From positions 7,509,843-7,549,262 of the forward strand of contig CM119263.1 in the NCBI GenBank assembly GCA_051294375.1: DNA of 39,420 nt, given 5' to 3'. Source of the DNA: Paraspadella gotoi. Lineage: Eukaryota > Animalia > Chaetognatha. Of this stretch, positions 25,294-37,001 are shown piece by piece; the first letter of the stretch is position 1; each line of letters opens with the position of its first letter. The position numbers and the translations under genes are program-made. The notes under the pieces are model-generated. The model was not told where the DNA came from. It saw only the letters and a list, made by a program, of their open reading frames with translations, and ran no database searches.

Positions 25294-25776
25294 ACGACAT
25301 GGGCTCAGCGCATTACCAGTTTGTTGAAACAAGTTTCCCGCCTTTAATCTGACCTTCTTCTTATCTCGGACTCATTCCTCCGAGATAGTTCGGGGTTTTT
25401 TTTAACTTACCATCGATCCTTACCTCATTTTCGCGCCTTTCGAACAAACATTTGTTTAACCTTCTTTTAATTGAATCACTTTAATTTTGTAACAGAAAGA
25501 AATTATTTTTTAAAATGTTTTATAATAAAAAATCAAAAAAGGAATTGTCCCAACTCTTTCTTTTCCGCGTTAATCTCATTTTTTCTCCCTCCTTTCTTTT
25601 CTTCTCTCTTTCTTCCATCGTCGCGGTCCCCTGCCTCTGACCAGATTCCAATGAGGCGCCCTTTACGCGGACCCGCCCACTTTTTCTCCGTCGTGGTCAT
25701 CCGCGCCATATAGGCCGAGCCCCATCGATGTCAACGTGGTCACCATTTGTGGCTATCCCCCTTCCACCCTCGTCGC

Positions 25777-25869
<93 letters not shown>

Positions 25870-26708
25870 AATCTTTTTTCATCTCTTTTTTTTTTCTTCT
25901 CAAAGATTCTGGTTTTTCTCAACTGCGGCTATGTCGCTTCTTGTATCTCCGTTCGGGAGCAAAGTCGAGATAACGCTTTTTTTTTTCGCGCTTGGCCTTT
26001 TTTATGCTTTTTTTTTTTTTTTTTTTTTGAAGACGTGTTCTGCGGCCGATGCTTTTTTATGCCTCATCATTTTTCTCTCCTCATTGCATTGGCGATTTCT
26101 CTCCTCTCTCTCTCTCTTCTCTCTCAGCCTTCTTTCTTATTGTTTTTTTTTTCTTTCTTTATCGTTTTTTCATTGTTTATTTATTCATATTTTTGATAAT
26201 ATATTTCTTCGCGACGTTCGCCCTTGATCCTCTGGATTTCACGCTTCGAACGGTTTAGCTTATTTATTAGCTATCGTTTTATTTTTATTAATCCCTTGTT
26301 TAGATTAAACAAAAATAAATTGCGCAATACATTTTCCAGAGACAAAAATTCCCCGCCCCCGTAACGGTCATCAACTTAGTTCCCATCCCAATAACCCGTG
26401 ATCCTTTAATTTCCACAACCGCTATCACCAAAGTTTCCACTCTTCCACAGATCCTACACCCCCACCTCACAACCTCACCACCCGGTCCGCAACCGCTCTT
26501 TTCTCCCACCCACTCCATCCATTATACGCAGAGCTCCGTGTCATTTCAGCGCTTTCTTTTTTTTTTCTTTCTTTTTTTTTTCGCTCAAGTCTCTTATGTC
26601 TTTTCGCCCTTTTTTTCTTTTTTTTTTCTTCTTTTATCTTTTCTTTATTTCTGTCCCTTATTTTTCTTTTCTTCTTTCCTTTCTTTTTTTTTTTTCCTTC
26701 TTTTTTGG

Positions 26709-27118
26709 TCATGAATTTTCGCCGCTCCATTTAGAAGCCGTTGTCCATTTTCTGCGACTGCGTCTTTCTTCTCCGCTCTCGACCATCGTCGTCGTCGTCG
26801 TCGTCGTCGTCGTCTTTGTTGTCGATTTTATGTCAGTCATCGTTTCTTCTGTCGTCGTCGCCAATAAAATGTCAGTCATAGTCGTTGTCGTCGTCGTTGT
26901 CGTCCACCTAATGTCAGTCATCGTTTCTTCTGTCATCGTCGTCTTCGTTGTTATAGATGTCATATCAGTAATCGTCATTTTCATCGTCGGCGTAATGACA
27001 GTCATCGTAGTCGGCGTCGTCGTCGTAGTTGTGATCTTCCTCCTAAATTCCTTTGTGGGTTTTTTTCGTCCTCTCCTGTGGTCGTTGTCGTTATGGTTGT
27101 CAATCACTGTGGTTGTGG
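26709..27118 (-). CDS. Candidate Thr-rich (mucin-like) coding region with TMTDI repeats; second frameshifted copy at ~27410-28012 (+)
   Basis: Uninterrupted frame TTTVIDNHNDNDHRRGRKKPTKEFRRKITTTTTTPTTMTVITPTMKMTITDMTSITTKTTMTEETMTDIRWTTTTTTTTMTDILLATTTEETMTDIKSTTKT...WTTASKWSGENS*. Thr codons are mixed (acg/aca/act), so it is not a pure ACG microsatellite. Confidence 0.4.
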
Positions 27119-27218
27119 NNNNNNNNNNTTGTGATCTTCCTCCTAAATTCCTTTGTGTGTTTTTTTCGTCCTCTCCTGTGGTCGTTGTCGTTGTGGTTGT
27201 CAATCACTGTGGTTGTGG
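27029..27218 (+). repeat. 90-bp direct duplication flanking a 10-N gap, two substitutions
   Basis: 27029-27118 vs 27129-27218: gtgggt/gtgtgt and ttatgg/ttgtgg. Confidence 0.9.
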
Positions 27219-27236
27219 TTGCTTCTCCTCCTTATC

Positions 27237-27238
<2 letters not shown>

Positions 27239-27300
<62 letters not shown>

Positions 27301-27324
27301 AACAACGACGACGACGACGACGAC
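27239..27324 (+). repeat. (GAC)n trinucleotide microsatellite in the palindrome spacer
   Basis: Read directly, with one aaacaac interruption. Confidence 0.95.
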
Positions 27325-27591
27325 ACCTTCTCATTCCTTCTCTCTTTGTTTCGGAAATTTTCTTCCCATCATTTCTCGTGTTTTTTTATTCTTCGACAAA
27401 ACGATTATAATGGTGTTCGCCATTTTTTTTCGAAGATGAGGAGGACAACAAAACGACAATGACGACGACGACGACTAAGAGGCACGAAATGCGAGACGGA
27501 CGATTCGAGAAGAGAAAGAGAGGAAGAAGGAGAAAAAAAATCAGATCCACAACCGCCACAACTGACTACCAGATCTACAACCACATAAGAA

Positions 27592-28840
27592 AAGGAGGAA
27601 AGCAACCACAACCACAGTGATTGACACCATACGACAACGACCACAGGAGAGGACGAAAAACCCACAAAGGAATTTAGGAGGAAGATCACAACTACGACGA
27701 CGACGCCGACTACGATGACTGTCATTACGCCGACGATGAAAATGACGATTACTGATATGACATCTATAACAACGAAGACGACGATGACAGAAAGAAACGA
27801 TGACTGACATTAGGTGGACGACAACGACGACGACAACGACTATGACTGACATTTTAGTTGACGACGACGACAGAAGAACGATGACTGACATAAAATCGAC
27901 AACAAAGACGACGACGACGACGACGACGACGATGATGGTCGAGAGCGGAGAGAAAGACGGCAGTCGCAGAAAATGGACAACGGCTTCTAAATGGAGCGGC
28001 GAAAATTCATGACCAAAAAAGAAGGAAAAAAAAAAAGAAAGGAAAGAGAAAGAAAAATAAGGGACAGAAATAAGAAAAGATAAAGAAGAAAAAAAAAAAG
28101 AAAAAAAGGGCGAAAAAGACATAAGAGACTTGAGCGAAAAAAAAAGAAAGAAAAAAAAAAGAAAGCGCTGAAATGACACGGAGCTCGCGTATAAGGATGG
28201 AGTGGTGGGAGAAAAGAGCGGTTGCGGACCGGGTGGTAGGTTGTGAGGTGGGGTGTAGGATCTGTGGAAGAGTGGAAACTTTGGTGATAGCGGTTGTGGA
28301 AATTAAAGGATCACGGGTTATTGGAATGGGAACTAAGTTGATGACGTTCGGGGGCGGGGAATTTTTGTCTCTGGAAAATTGTATTGCGCAATTTTTATTT
28401 TTGTTTAATCTAAACAAGGGATTAATAAAAATAAAACGATAGCTAATAAATAAGCTAAACCGTTCGAGCGTGAAATCCAGAGGATCAGGGCGAACGTCGC
28501 GAAGAAAATATATTATCAAAAATATGAATAAATAAACAATGGAAAAACGATAAGAAGAAAAAAAAAACAATAAGAAAGAAGGCTGAGAGAGAAGAGAGAG
28601 AGAGAGGAGAGAAATCGCCAATGCAATGAGGAGAGAAAAATGATGAGGCATAAAAAAGCATCGGCCGCAGAACACGTCTTCAAAAAAAAAAAAAAAAAAA
28701 AAGCATAAAAAAGGCCAAGCGCGAAAAAAAAAAGCGTTATCTCGACTTTGCTCCCGAACGGAGATACAAGAAGCGACATAGCCGCAGTTGAGAAAAACCA
28801 GAATCTTTGAGAAGAAAAAAAAAAGAGATGAAAAAAGATT

Positions 28841-28933
<93 letters not shown>

Positions 28934-29414
28934 GCGACGAGGGTGAAGGGGGATAGCCACAAATGGTGACCACGTTGACATCGATGGGCTCGGCCTATAT
29001 GGCGCGGATGACCACGACGGAGAAAAAAAGTGGGCGGGTCGCGTAAAGGGCGCCTCAATTGGAATCTGGTCAGAGGCAGGGGACCGCGACGATGGAAGAA
29101 AGAGAGAAGAAAAGAAAGGAGGAGAAAAATGAGATTAACGCGGAAAAGAAAGAGTTGGGACAATTCCTTTTTTGATTTTTTATTATAAAACATTTTAAAA
29201 AAATAATTTCTTTCTGTTACAAAATTAAAGTGATTCAATTTAAAAGAAAGGTTAAACAAATGTTTGTTCGAAGGCGCGAAAATGAGGTAAGGATCGATGG
29301 TAAGTTAAAAAAACCCCGAACTATCTCGGAGGAATGAGTCCGAGATAAGAAGAGTCAGATTAAAGCGGGAAACTTGTTTCAACAAACTGGTAATTGCGCT
29401 GAGCCCATGTCGGT

Positions 29415-29447
<33 letters not shown>

Positions 29448-29808
29448 CGTCGTCGTCCCCTCCCATTCAATATTCTCACGACAAAATCTCGCCGCTTAAA
29501 TCTAATCATAATGTGAATAATATTGTGAATTTAAAAAAATATTAATTTAGTGAATTATCAAACGACATATCTTGCCCTTTAAAAAGAAAAACTAAATCAA
29601 TTTAAAAAAATTAAAAAAAAACAACAGAAATAGAAAATAACAGAATCAGAACGAAAGAAAAAAAAAGGAAAAAAAAGGAAGAAAAAAGAACGAAAAGATT
29701 TGGTTGAATTGAAAAGACGAGGGCAAATGGAGCGCTGACTGGTTCCATCCCATTTGAGGAATTTCAAAAGAAAATTGATGACTTGACTTCGCCTTAGAAA
29801 AAAGCCCA

Positions 29809-29902
<94 letters not shown>

Positions 29903-29940
29903 GAGTGAGAAACAAGAATACATCATTACCCGAGGAAAGA

Positions 29941-30017
<77 letters not shown>

Positions 30018-31084
30018 CGCGAATATATTTGAATGACCCTGGGGTCTCGTTCTCAACTTGTAGATCAAACCGAACTACATAATCGCTACATAATATTGAA
30101 TGAAATCTTAAAAAAAGAAAGAAAAGAAAAAGAGAAAGCGAAGCTCATCGAAATATTCAAAATTTCAGCGTGCAGCCTTGCCCGCCTTTTTTTTCATTCT
30201 ATTTCATTTTCTTTTCTTATTTCTTTTCTTTTTCGTTTTTCTTCTCTTTTTTCTTCATCTTTCTTTTCTTTTTCTTCATTTGCTGCGCCCGAGTTTTAGC
30301 GGCATAAAGAACATAAAGATCATGAAATTGCAGCAGTGGAGAGAAAATGGGGCGAGTGGCCAGCGACGAGAGGAGAGAGCGAGAGGATGGAGAGAGAAAG
30401 TGACCACTGTCGGAGTGAGAGGGACTGAGTGGTCACTCACAATATTGGAGAATGACGACCACTGATTAAAACATTCCATAACTTGACATAACTTAACATT
30501 GCACACGCATAATTACCTGTCACAGTATTTTTAGTGAAGTATAATCAGGAAAACTGAGCGGGTAAACATAGATCATGAATGAAAAGAATTTTGAAAATTA
30601 CCATAAATTGTAAAATAAATAAATACAAAAAAAAAGAAAGACAATTAAAAATGTCATGAAAGATAACACACAAATTCATAAAAGTTAAATTAGAATTAAT
30701 TAATAAAATTTATCATTTTAAGTTCAATAAAATTTAAATGTCTGCACCACCCGTTTATCAAAACTAGACATTATAATTGTGATCATCCTCGACCACCAAT
30801 CTCGTCATGAACATTGCTTCTCACTTCGGTCTCGAAATTCTCTCGGACGCGTGGGAGAAACTAATTCCTTTTTTCTACTCCTCGGAATTCTCCGACAAAA
30901 AAAAAAAAATCCATTCTGCGATACGAAAACCCCAAAAGTGCAGTATCGGGCCATCGACGATACTGTAGACTGTATCGTCGCGAAGGCCGAAAGGAGCCTT
31001 CGAGAGACACGCGCCACTTCCGCCCACCCCACGGAAAAAAAAACCGAGTTCTCGCCAAGGATGGCGATCGAGTGGGCGGTCAGC
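27592..31084 (-). repeat. Right arm F' of ~3.5-kb inverted repeat (spacer ~27234-27591)
   Basis: Reverse complement of F, differing mostly by homopolymer and single-base indels. Confidence 0.95.
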
Positions 31085-31112
31085 GTCTCTCGTCCAGTCC
31101 ACGTTCAAATTC

Positions 31113-31209
<97 letters not shown>

Positions 31210-32492
31210 CCTTCTCTCTCTCCCCGGAATATGGGTTTTTACCGAGCTCCTCTGTCCGACAAATGAAAAAAGCCCAAAATGTTTCGCGGACATAAAAAGG
31301 AGGCGTGGCCAGACTGGAGAAAATGGAGAGACGGAGGGCGGACTGGACTGGGGGGGGGGTGGATTCAAAAGAGAGACGTTTTCATTTTTTTTAAATATTT
31401 GTTTGGTAGGTCCAGCATTTTTATTTCAATGTTTTTTAAAGGAACATAATTTAATAAATTTTGTTCTTGAATTTAGGCTTTGATTTAGTTAAATTCAAAC
31501 TTTGTTAATAAAACCATTACGAACATGTATTTCGGACAAAAGTTTTTAGCAAAACAATTTTTTGTAAAGATCTTTTTTATGGGCCTGTACATTTTAAAAG
31601 GAGGCGATCGGGTCTTCAAGTGGCCTTGGCTAAAATTGCGTTCTGCAAAGGGCGTTCCGAGGCGGCGTTCCTAGGCGGCGTCCTTTTCAAAAAGTCGGCG
31701 CTGTGCGGCGCTCGTTTCGTCGGACTCTGGGCGAAGTCGAGGACGAGAGAAGTAGCGTCTACCATTATTTTCTTTAAGAGCGAAAAGGAGACAAGTGTTT
31801 GATCGATGTAAGGAAGGGTAAGGCGAGGAGAGTAAAGAATTCGATGACCACGATGCCGAGTCCACTAGAGACTAACTTCACAATCCAGCGACAGCCTCGC
31901 CACGACCCCGCTCACCTTTATTCTCCTCTTCCAACTTTCCAGCTTCTAAAAATGAGCGAGTCAAACTTACCTCGACCTCACCAACCCTCACCCTGTTCCG
32001 CCACCGGCTGAATCCGCCCGGAGAATTCTTTCTTTTTTTCTTTTCTCGGAAAAAAATTGTCCCGAAAATTTTGCGAAGCGAAAAAAGAAAGAAAAAAAAG
32101 GAAAGGAAAAAGATAGAAAGGAAGAAAAAAGTAGGGAAAAATAGTTTTAAAAAAAGAATGAAAAATGGCGGCCAACAGAAGCGGCGGCTGCTGTGGCGGC
32201 TGCAGCGGCGCTGCGGCAGCGACTAAGGAAAAATGGGAGAAACGAGAATTTTTTTCTCTCCTTTTTTTTTGATGGAATTTTTCCTCTTTTTTTTTTGGCA
32301 AATCAAAATTTTTGGAGTTGGTCATCTGAGGGGAGAGAAAGTGGAAAAGAGGAAAAAGGTGAGAAAAATTTGGAAGGAAGAAAGTCGACGGTTGGAGAAA
32401 TGACAGAGAAGCTGTTTAAAATCTGACGGAAATATGGAATTTTGGAGTTAACTATCTATTTATTTTCCTTATTTTAAGTATTCATTCTTATC
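31085..32492 (+). repeat. Block a+b, cleaner copy, ends at a 25-N gap
   Basis: Direct repeat of 22062-23596; the b part is inverted at 20945-22061. Confidence 0.92.
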
Positions 32493-34363
32493 NNNNNNNN
32501 NNNNNNNNNNNNNNNNNGAAGATATTTTTATGACTTTTTCTGTCTTCATTCGACTTCAAGCAAATGTCGTCTCACTTTTGAGTCTCTTTCGCTTCTTGAA
32601 TTAACTATTTTTTCGGGGGGTGAATATTTATGCGGGTTTTTTTTTAAATCGTCAACCGAAAATATAAACAAGAAAATGTTTTATATTTTTAACCTCATAT
32701 CATATTTTTTTTAAATGGTTTAATACATTAAAAAAAGCAATTTTACAATTTTCATAACTTTTTTTTTTCTAGAACTATCTTCGTATTTTAAACTTTAAAA
32801 CGCCAGCTTTCTTTGGTTTGAACATCTCGATATCTGGGGACCGTGTCTTCTTTTTTTCCCCTCGTTCAATTGTCCCGCTATAAAATATAATGTTTCTTTG
32901 AAGCGACAATATCTATTGAAATCTTTTGTTGGAGGATTTCAAAAACTGTCTCTATCAGCGTTTGAAGCTTGCGAACTCGATCCGCTGCCGCTGCCATCGG
33001 TGCCAGCTTCTCGTACTTCCCAAAAAAGAGAGAGGGTTTTGAAACCAAAAAGTAAGGAAAAAAAAGGAGCAAAAAAGCATCGAAAATTTCTGCATTTTCT
33101 TCGCTATTTTCTTCTCTCCCATCTCTCTCTCGTCATCTCTCTCCGATCTCTCTCGATCTCATCGTCTCTCATCAATTATCTCTCTCTCCTTCTCTCCTCT
33201 CACGTTCTAGTCTCTCTCTCGTCCTCTCTCATACATCTCAAGCGTCGAAGCCTCGGACCCAAAAAAAAGGAAGATGGGAAATTGTACGTCGTCCAAAGTC
33301 GGAATTTTTTTTTTTCAGACGCGAGGAATTCCGTCGCACAAGGAGGGAGGGGGCACAAAAGGAGCTCTTTGATTTCTCTCTCGCGTATCGTGGTATCGCG
33401 ATTGGCTTCGAGAGGCATTACCATTACGCGAGACAGTATCGATTCTAAGTGATACAATAATATACTAATTAATATTAAGTCAAATCATAATTATATTCTT
33501 CTCCCTCTCCATCTCGGAGCAAAGAAAAGTTTCATCCAACGTTGTCCAAAGAATTAAAATGACTTTAATCGTCTAAAAACAAACGTTGTTGTCGTTGTTG
33601 TCAGGTGTTGTCCGTTGATATCTTCATTCGTCATGATGACGTTCGTCGTATTTGGTAAATCATCGTGACAGGCAAAACGAAGAACAACCACAAATGCGGA
33701 GACTGAAAAATAATAAATCATGAAAAGATGCGAAGAACTTGAGTTAGGGTGTCAAATGTTATTGCACGTCAAATACAGAATTATAGATTTGGCAGTTCGT
33801 TCAATAAAAACATAAAAAACTATAAATTGTAATACCAGTCCTAGATGATATTTGCCTTGCGAATAAGTGTAATTTACAAAGAACAATTATTGTTCGCGCC
33901 TTGCGACGAAATATGTCGATAAAATCTTCCCGCTTTTGTTTAAAAGAAAATTAATATCCGATATGAAGTTCTCTCTCTCCTCTCTCCATTCCTCGATTCT
34001 CTCTCTCTCTCTCTCTCTCTCTCCTCTCGGTATCTCCGTCTCTCATTTTTCATCAGCGGCACGCAGTTGCTAGGCAAGCGCCAAACACTCCCTACATAGC
34101 ACTGGAATTTATTCTTTTCGGCTAATAACAGTAACGGATCTTTTAAAAGTAGTCCGAATTAAATAAGTTTTAGATTCGAAAAACTAGTAAAATCTTTGAA
34201 ATACACCAGTCCACTGTGCCCAAGTGGTATATTTTGCTGAAGTTTACTATAATTATACTGAGTCAAAAGAATGCGGAAATCCAAAGAAAATCAGAAGAGA
34301 ACAAATTGACAAATGACGCCTCTAGCGAACGTGAGATTTCGAGTGACCATTCGACGATCAGGT

Positions 34364-35176
34364 ATGACGGACTCAGAGAAGAGCACGACGGACCGACAGC
34401 TGAAAAATCGTCTCATCGGCGACGGTGCGACCGGCAAGACCTTCCATACTCCACTGATACGCCGCACAAACATATCGGCAACAATACAATCAACTCTCGG
34501 GTCGACTCCTTTCTCAAGGGATCGTCCTTGGCGCAGAACGGGCGCACACGTCACCATTTACAGGTCAGTTACGCAAGGTCTTACGAGCCTTATTAGCCTA
34601 ATGTGACGCGTCTTTTTCGGTTGTTGTCGATTTATCTTAATTTCTTTAAATATTAAACATAATGTAATTTCATTGAAACCTCCTAAATTCGATAGGTGTG
34701 GCGACATATGGTGGTCAGACCCTTGGGGGGATCAGATGCTGACAAGCTACTTGGCCGGAGCCGACGGAAACTTCTCTTCGTATCACGACCGGTCACAAAC
34801 TATCGTACATGTCCGAAAAATCTCGAGGACTGGGCGCACTTCGTTGATCAAACCTATATCGGACGCTACTAGGTCAAATCACATCTTGCCCTGGTCGGGA
34901 AATAAAGATTGACTTGGACATATGAGGACGGTCAAGTCAGACAAACATGCAAAGATATTGCAACGGTTAAGGTCATCGATTAATTTTAAATCGAAAATAA
35001 ACTCATATAAACACGGCCTCGTCCGCAAATGACAGGACTCAATGTCATCTTCGCATTTTGTATCAGCCAAAGAAGGAGAATTCCGTTTCCTTATGTTTTC
35101 AAAAAAAATCGCAGCGGGAAGAAATTGTGGCATTTAAAATAACGAAGGCATGATTGGAAAATCGCACAATCAACAG
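34364..35176 (+). CDS. RAB28: Rab28 small GTPase, three exons (34364-34563, 34696-~34965, 35036-35176), frameshifted by many 1-nt indels; final CAAX exon not seen
   Basis: Pieces stitched across frames read MTDSE..DRQLK.LIGDGATGKT(S)..QQYNQ..[90 protein letters not shown]..QQ. This is colinear with vertebrate Rab28 as I recall it ([26 protein letters not shown]...WDIGGQTIGGKML...ENLEDW...[14 protein letters not shown]...[28 protein letters not shown]). Splice sites: cag|gtcagt 34564, gatag|gtg 34696, g|gttaag 34966, gacag|g 35036, cag|gttcta 35177. Confidence 0.93.
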
Positions 35177-35263
35177 GTTCTATTTCAGTTTTCTCTTTAA
35201 CTGTTAGAAATAAGTTAATATGTGAAAGGGGTAACAACNNNNNNNNNNNNNNNNNNNNNNNNN

Positions 35264-35300
<37 letters not shown>
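35264..35300 (+). repeat. (GGC)n trinucleotide repeat after a 25-N gap
   Basis: Read directly. Confidence 0.95.
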
Positions 35301-35740
35301 TTCGCGGCTCAGCATCGGCGTCGGCGGCGTCATGGGGGGCCACCATCTAAAATCCCATTCATCTCAACAAAAGTCATCGCATTCAAATTTTTGCGACTTT
35401 TTTTTTGAATCTCAATAAGATGAAACTGAGACATGTTGCCAGATCTGGTTCTATCTCCTCTCTTGTTCGCTCTCGTTCGATCTCTCTTTCTCTCTCTCTC
35501 TCTCNNNNNNNNNNNNNNNNNNNNNNNNNNNNNNNNNNNNNNNNNNNNNNNNNNNNNNNNNNNNNNNNNNNNNNNNNNNNNNNNNNNNNNNNNNNNNNNN
35601 NNNNNNNNNNNNNNNNNNNNNNNNNNNNNNNNNNNNNNNNNNNNNNNNNNNNNNNNTCTCTTTCTCTCGATCTCTCTCTCGTCTCATCTCTCTCGTACAT
35701 CTCTCTCCGTTCTCTCTCTCTCTCTATCCTCACTCTCTCT

Positions 35741-35771
<31 letters not shown>

Positions 35772-36071
35772 AAAGAAAATAGAAAGATATAGAAACTTGA
35801 AAAACTTGCACAAAACGCGAAAGAACAAGAAATTCGAAGGGAGATCAAAGTTTAGAATATTTTATGGAACTTAGAAGTTAGAAGCTGCTTTCCTTGCCTT
35901 TTCTTTTATTTTTGCGGCATCGAGAATAAAAAAGAAAGTTTTTTTTGCGGAGATGGTGGTAGGTGAACTTAATGTTTAGTAAGTAAGTTTTTGGTACTCG
36001 GGGATTGTGTTATCCTTGGAGTTTGAGCAATAATAAAAAATATACATATATTTCTCAAATATTTGAAACTT

Positions 36072-36215
36072 TTAAAAACATTTTGAGCTCGAAATTGGGT
36101 CCTTGTTTGTCGTTAGCGACGTCTCGACGGGCGACGCAAATTTCGAGTCCATTACGGACTTCATTGTCTTCAGTTTCTTTCGGTCGTCGTCGTCGTCGTC
36201 GTCCTCGTCGTCGTT
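36072..36215 (-). CDS. Candidate terminal exon, acidic run followed by basic patch
   Basis: Pyrimidine tract plus ttgtcttataag|aac. Reads NDDEDDDDDDDRKKLKTMKSVMDSKFASPVETSLTTNKDPISSSKCF*. No family recognised. Confidence 0.3.
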   Translation of the reverse strand, partial: NDDEDDDDDDDRKKLKTMKSVMDSKFASPVETSLTTNKDPISSSKCF

Positions 36216-36969
36216 CTTATAAGACAACAAAGGAAAAAAGGAGGTCGAATCCTAACTCCGACGGAGACGAAGAAAAAAAAGAAAAGAAAAGAAATAGTTT
36301 CAACTTCAAGTCGAATGTGAAAATCAAGACAAGTTCAAAAAAAAAAAAAAACATTGTTCCAAGAAAAACTTCGAATTATTTAATTAAAAAAATATAAAAT
36401 AATAAAAATTAAATAAGAATCAAAACAAAATTCTGGGGGAAAAATAAATAATTTCAAAAGAGAGAAAACAAAATACTAAGAGATTAAGGACAAAGCAGGC
36501 AATTTAAAAACTCATGAAAAAGACAAGAAGACAATAAGTCCACCTGAAAAAAAAATGGGGAAAAGAAAGGAAAATGAAACGAGGAATGAAGAAACCAAAA
36601 AGCGGGCGACAATGATGCACTCGCCCCCACGCCCCCNNNNNNNNNNNNNNNNNNNNNNNNNNNNNNNNNNNNNNNNNNNNNNNNNNNNNNNNNNNNNNNN
36701 NNNNNNNNNNNNNNNNNNNNNNNNNNNNNNNNNNNNNNNNNNNNNNNNNNNNNNNNNNNNNNNNNNNNNNNNNNNNNNNNNNNNNNNNNNNNNNNNNNNN
36801 NNNNNNNNNNNNNNNNNNNNNNNNNNNNNNNNNNNNNNNNNNNNNNNNNNNNNGGGAGACAGAGAAAGGGAGGAAAATAGGTCATTTTGAAATGTTGCCT
36901 CTTGCCAGACTTTAAAATGTTTTATATATTCGCGTGTTGCAGTCATTAATGATTCATGCTCTTTCACCA

Positions 36970-37001
<32 letters not shown>

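Larger units (their letters stand above)
23622..27233 (+). repeat. Left arm F of ~3.5-kb inverted repeat
   Basis: Starts gctgaccgcccactc, the reverse complement of 31070-31084. Mirrored ORFs include 25747..26196+ vs 28007..28981- and 26709..27203- vs 27800..28012+. Confidence 0.95.
7698..35263. other. Six assembly gaps of exactly 25 N (7698, 12888, 15853, 23597, 32493, 35239); other gaps at 11906, 27119, 35505, 36637, 37135, 38402
   Basis: Counted in the sequence. Fixed 25-N spacers are characteristic of PBJelly-type long-read gap filling (recalled knowledge, inference for this assembly). Confidence 0.85.

Noticed and set aside
26596-27462. 288-aa Val-rich ORF (+) and its mirror 27541..28179 (-)
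   Set aside because: They are the antisense of the Thr/ACG-rich tract plus poly-T, and the + ORF spans an N gap.
34216-34912. Separate ORFs 34216..34596, 34291..34557, 34313..34606 and 34673..34912
   Set aside because: They are frame fragments or antisense of the Rab28 exons.
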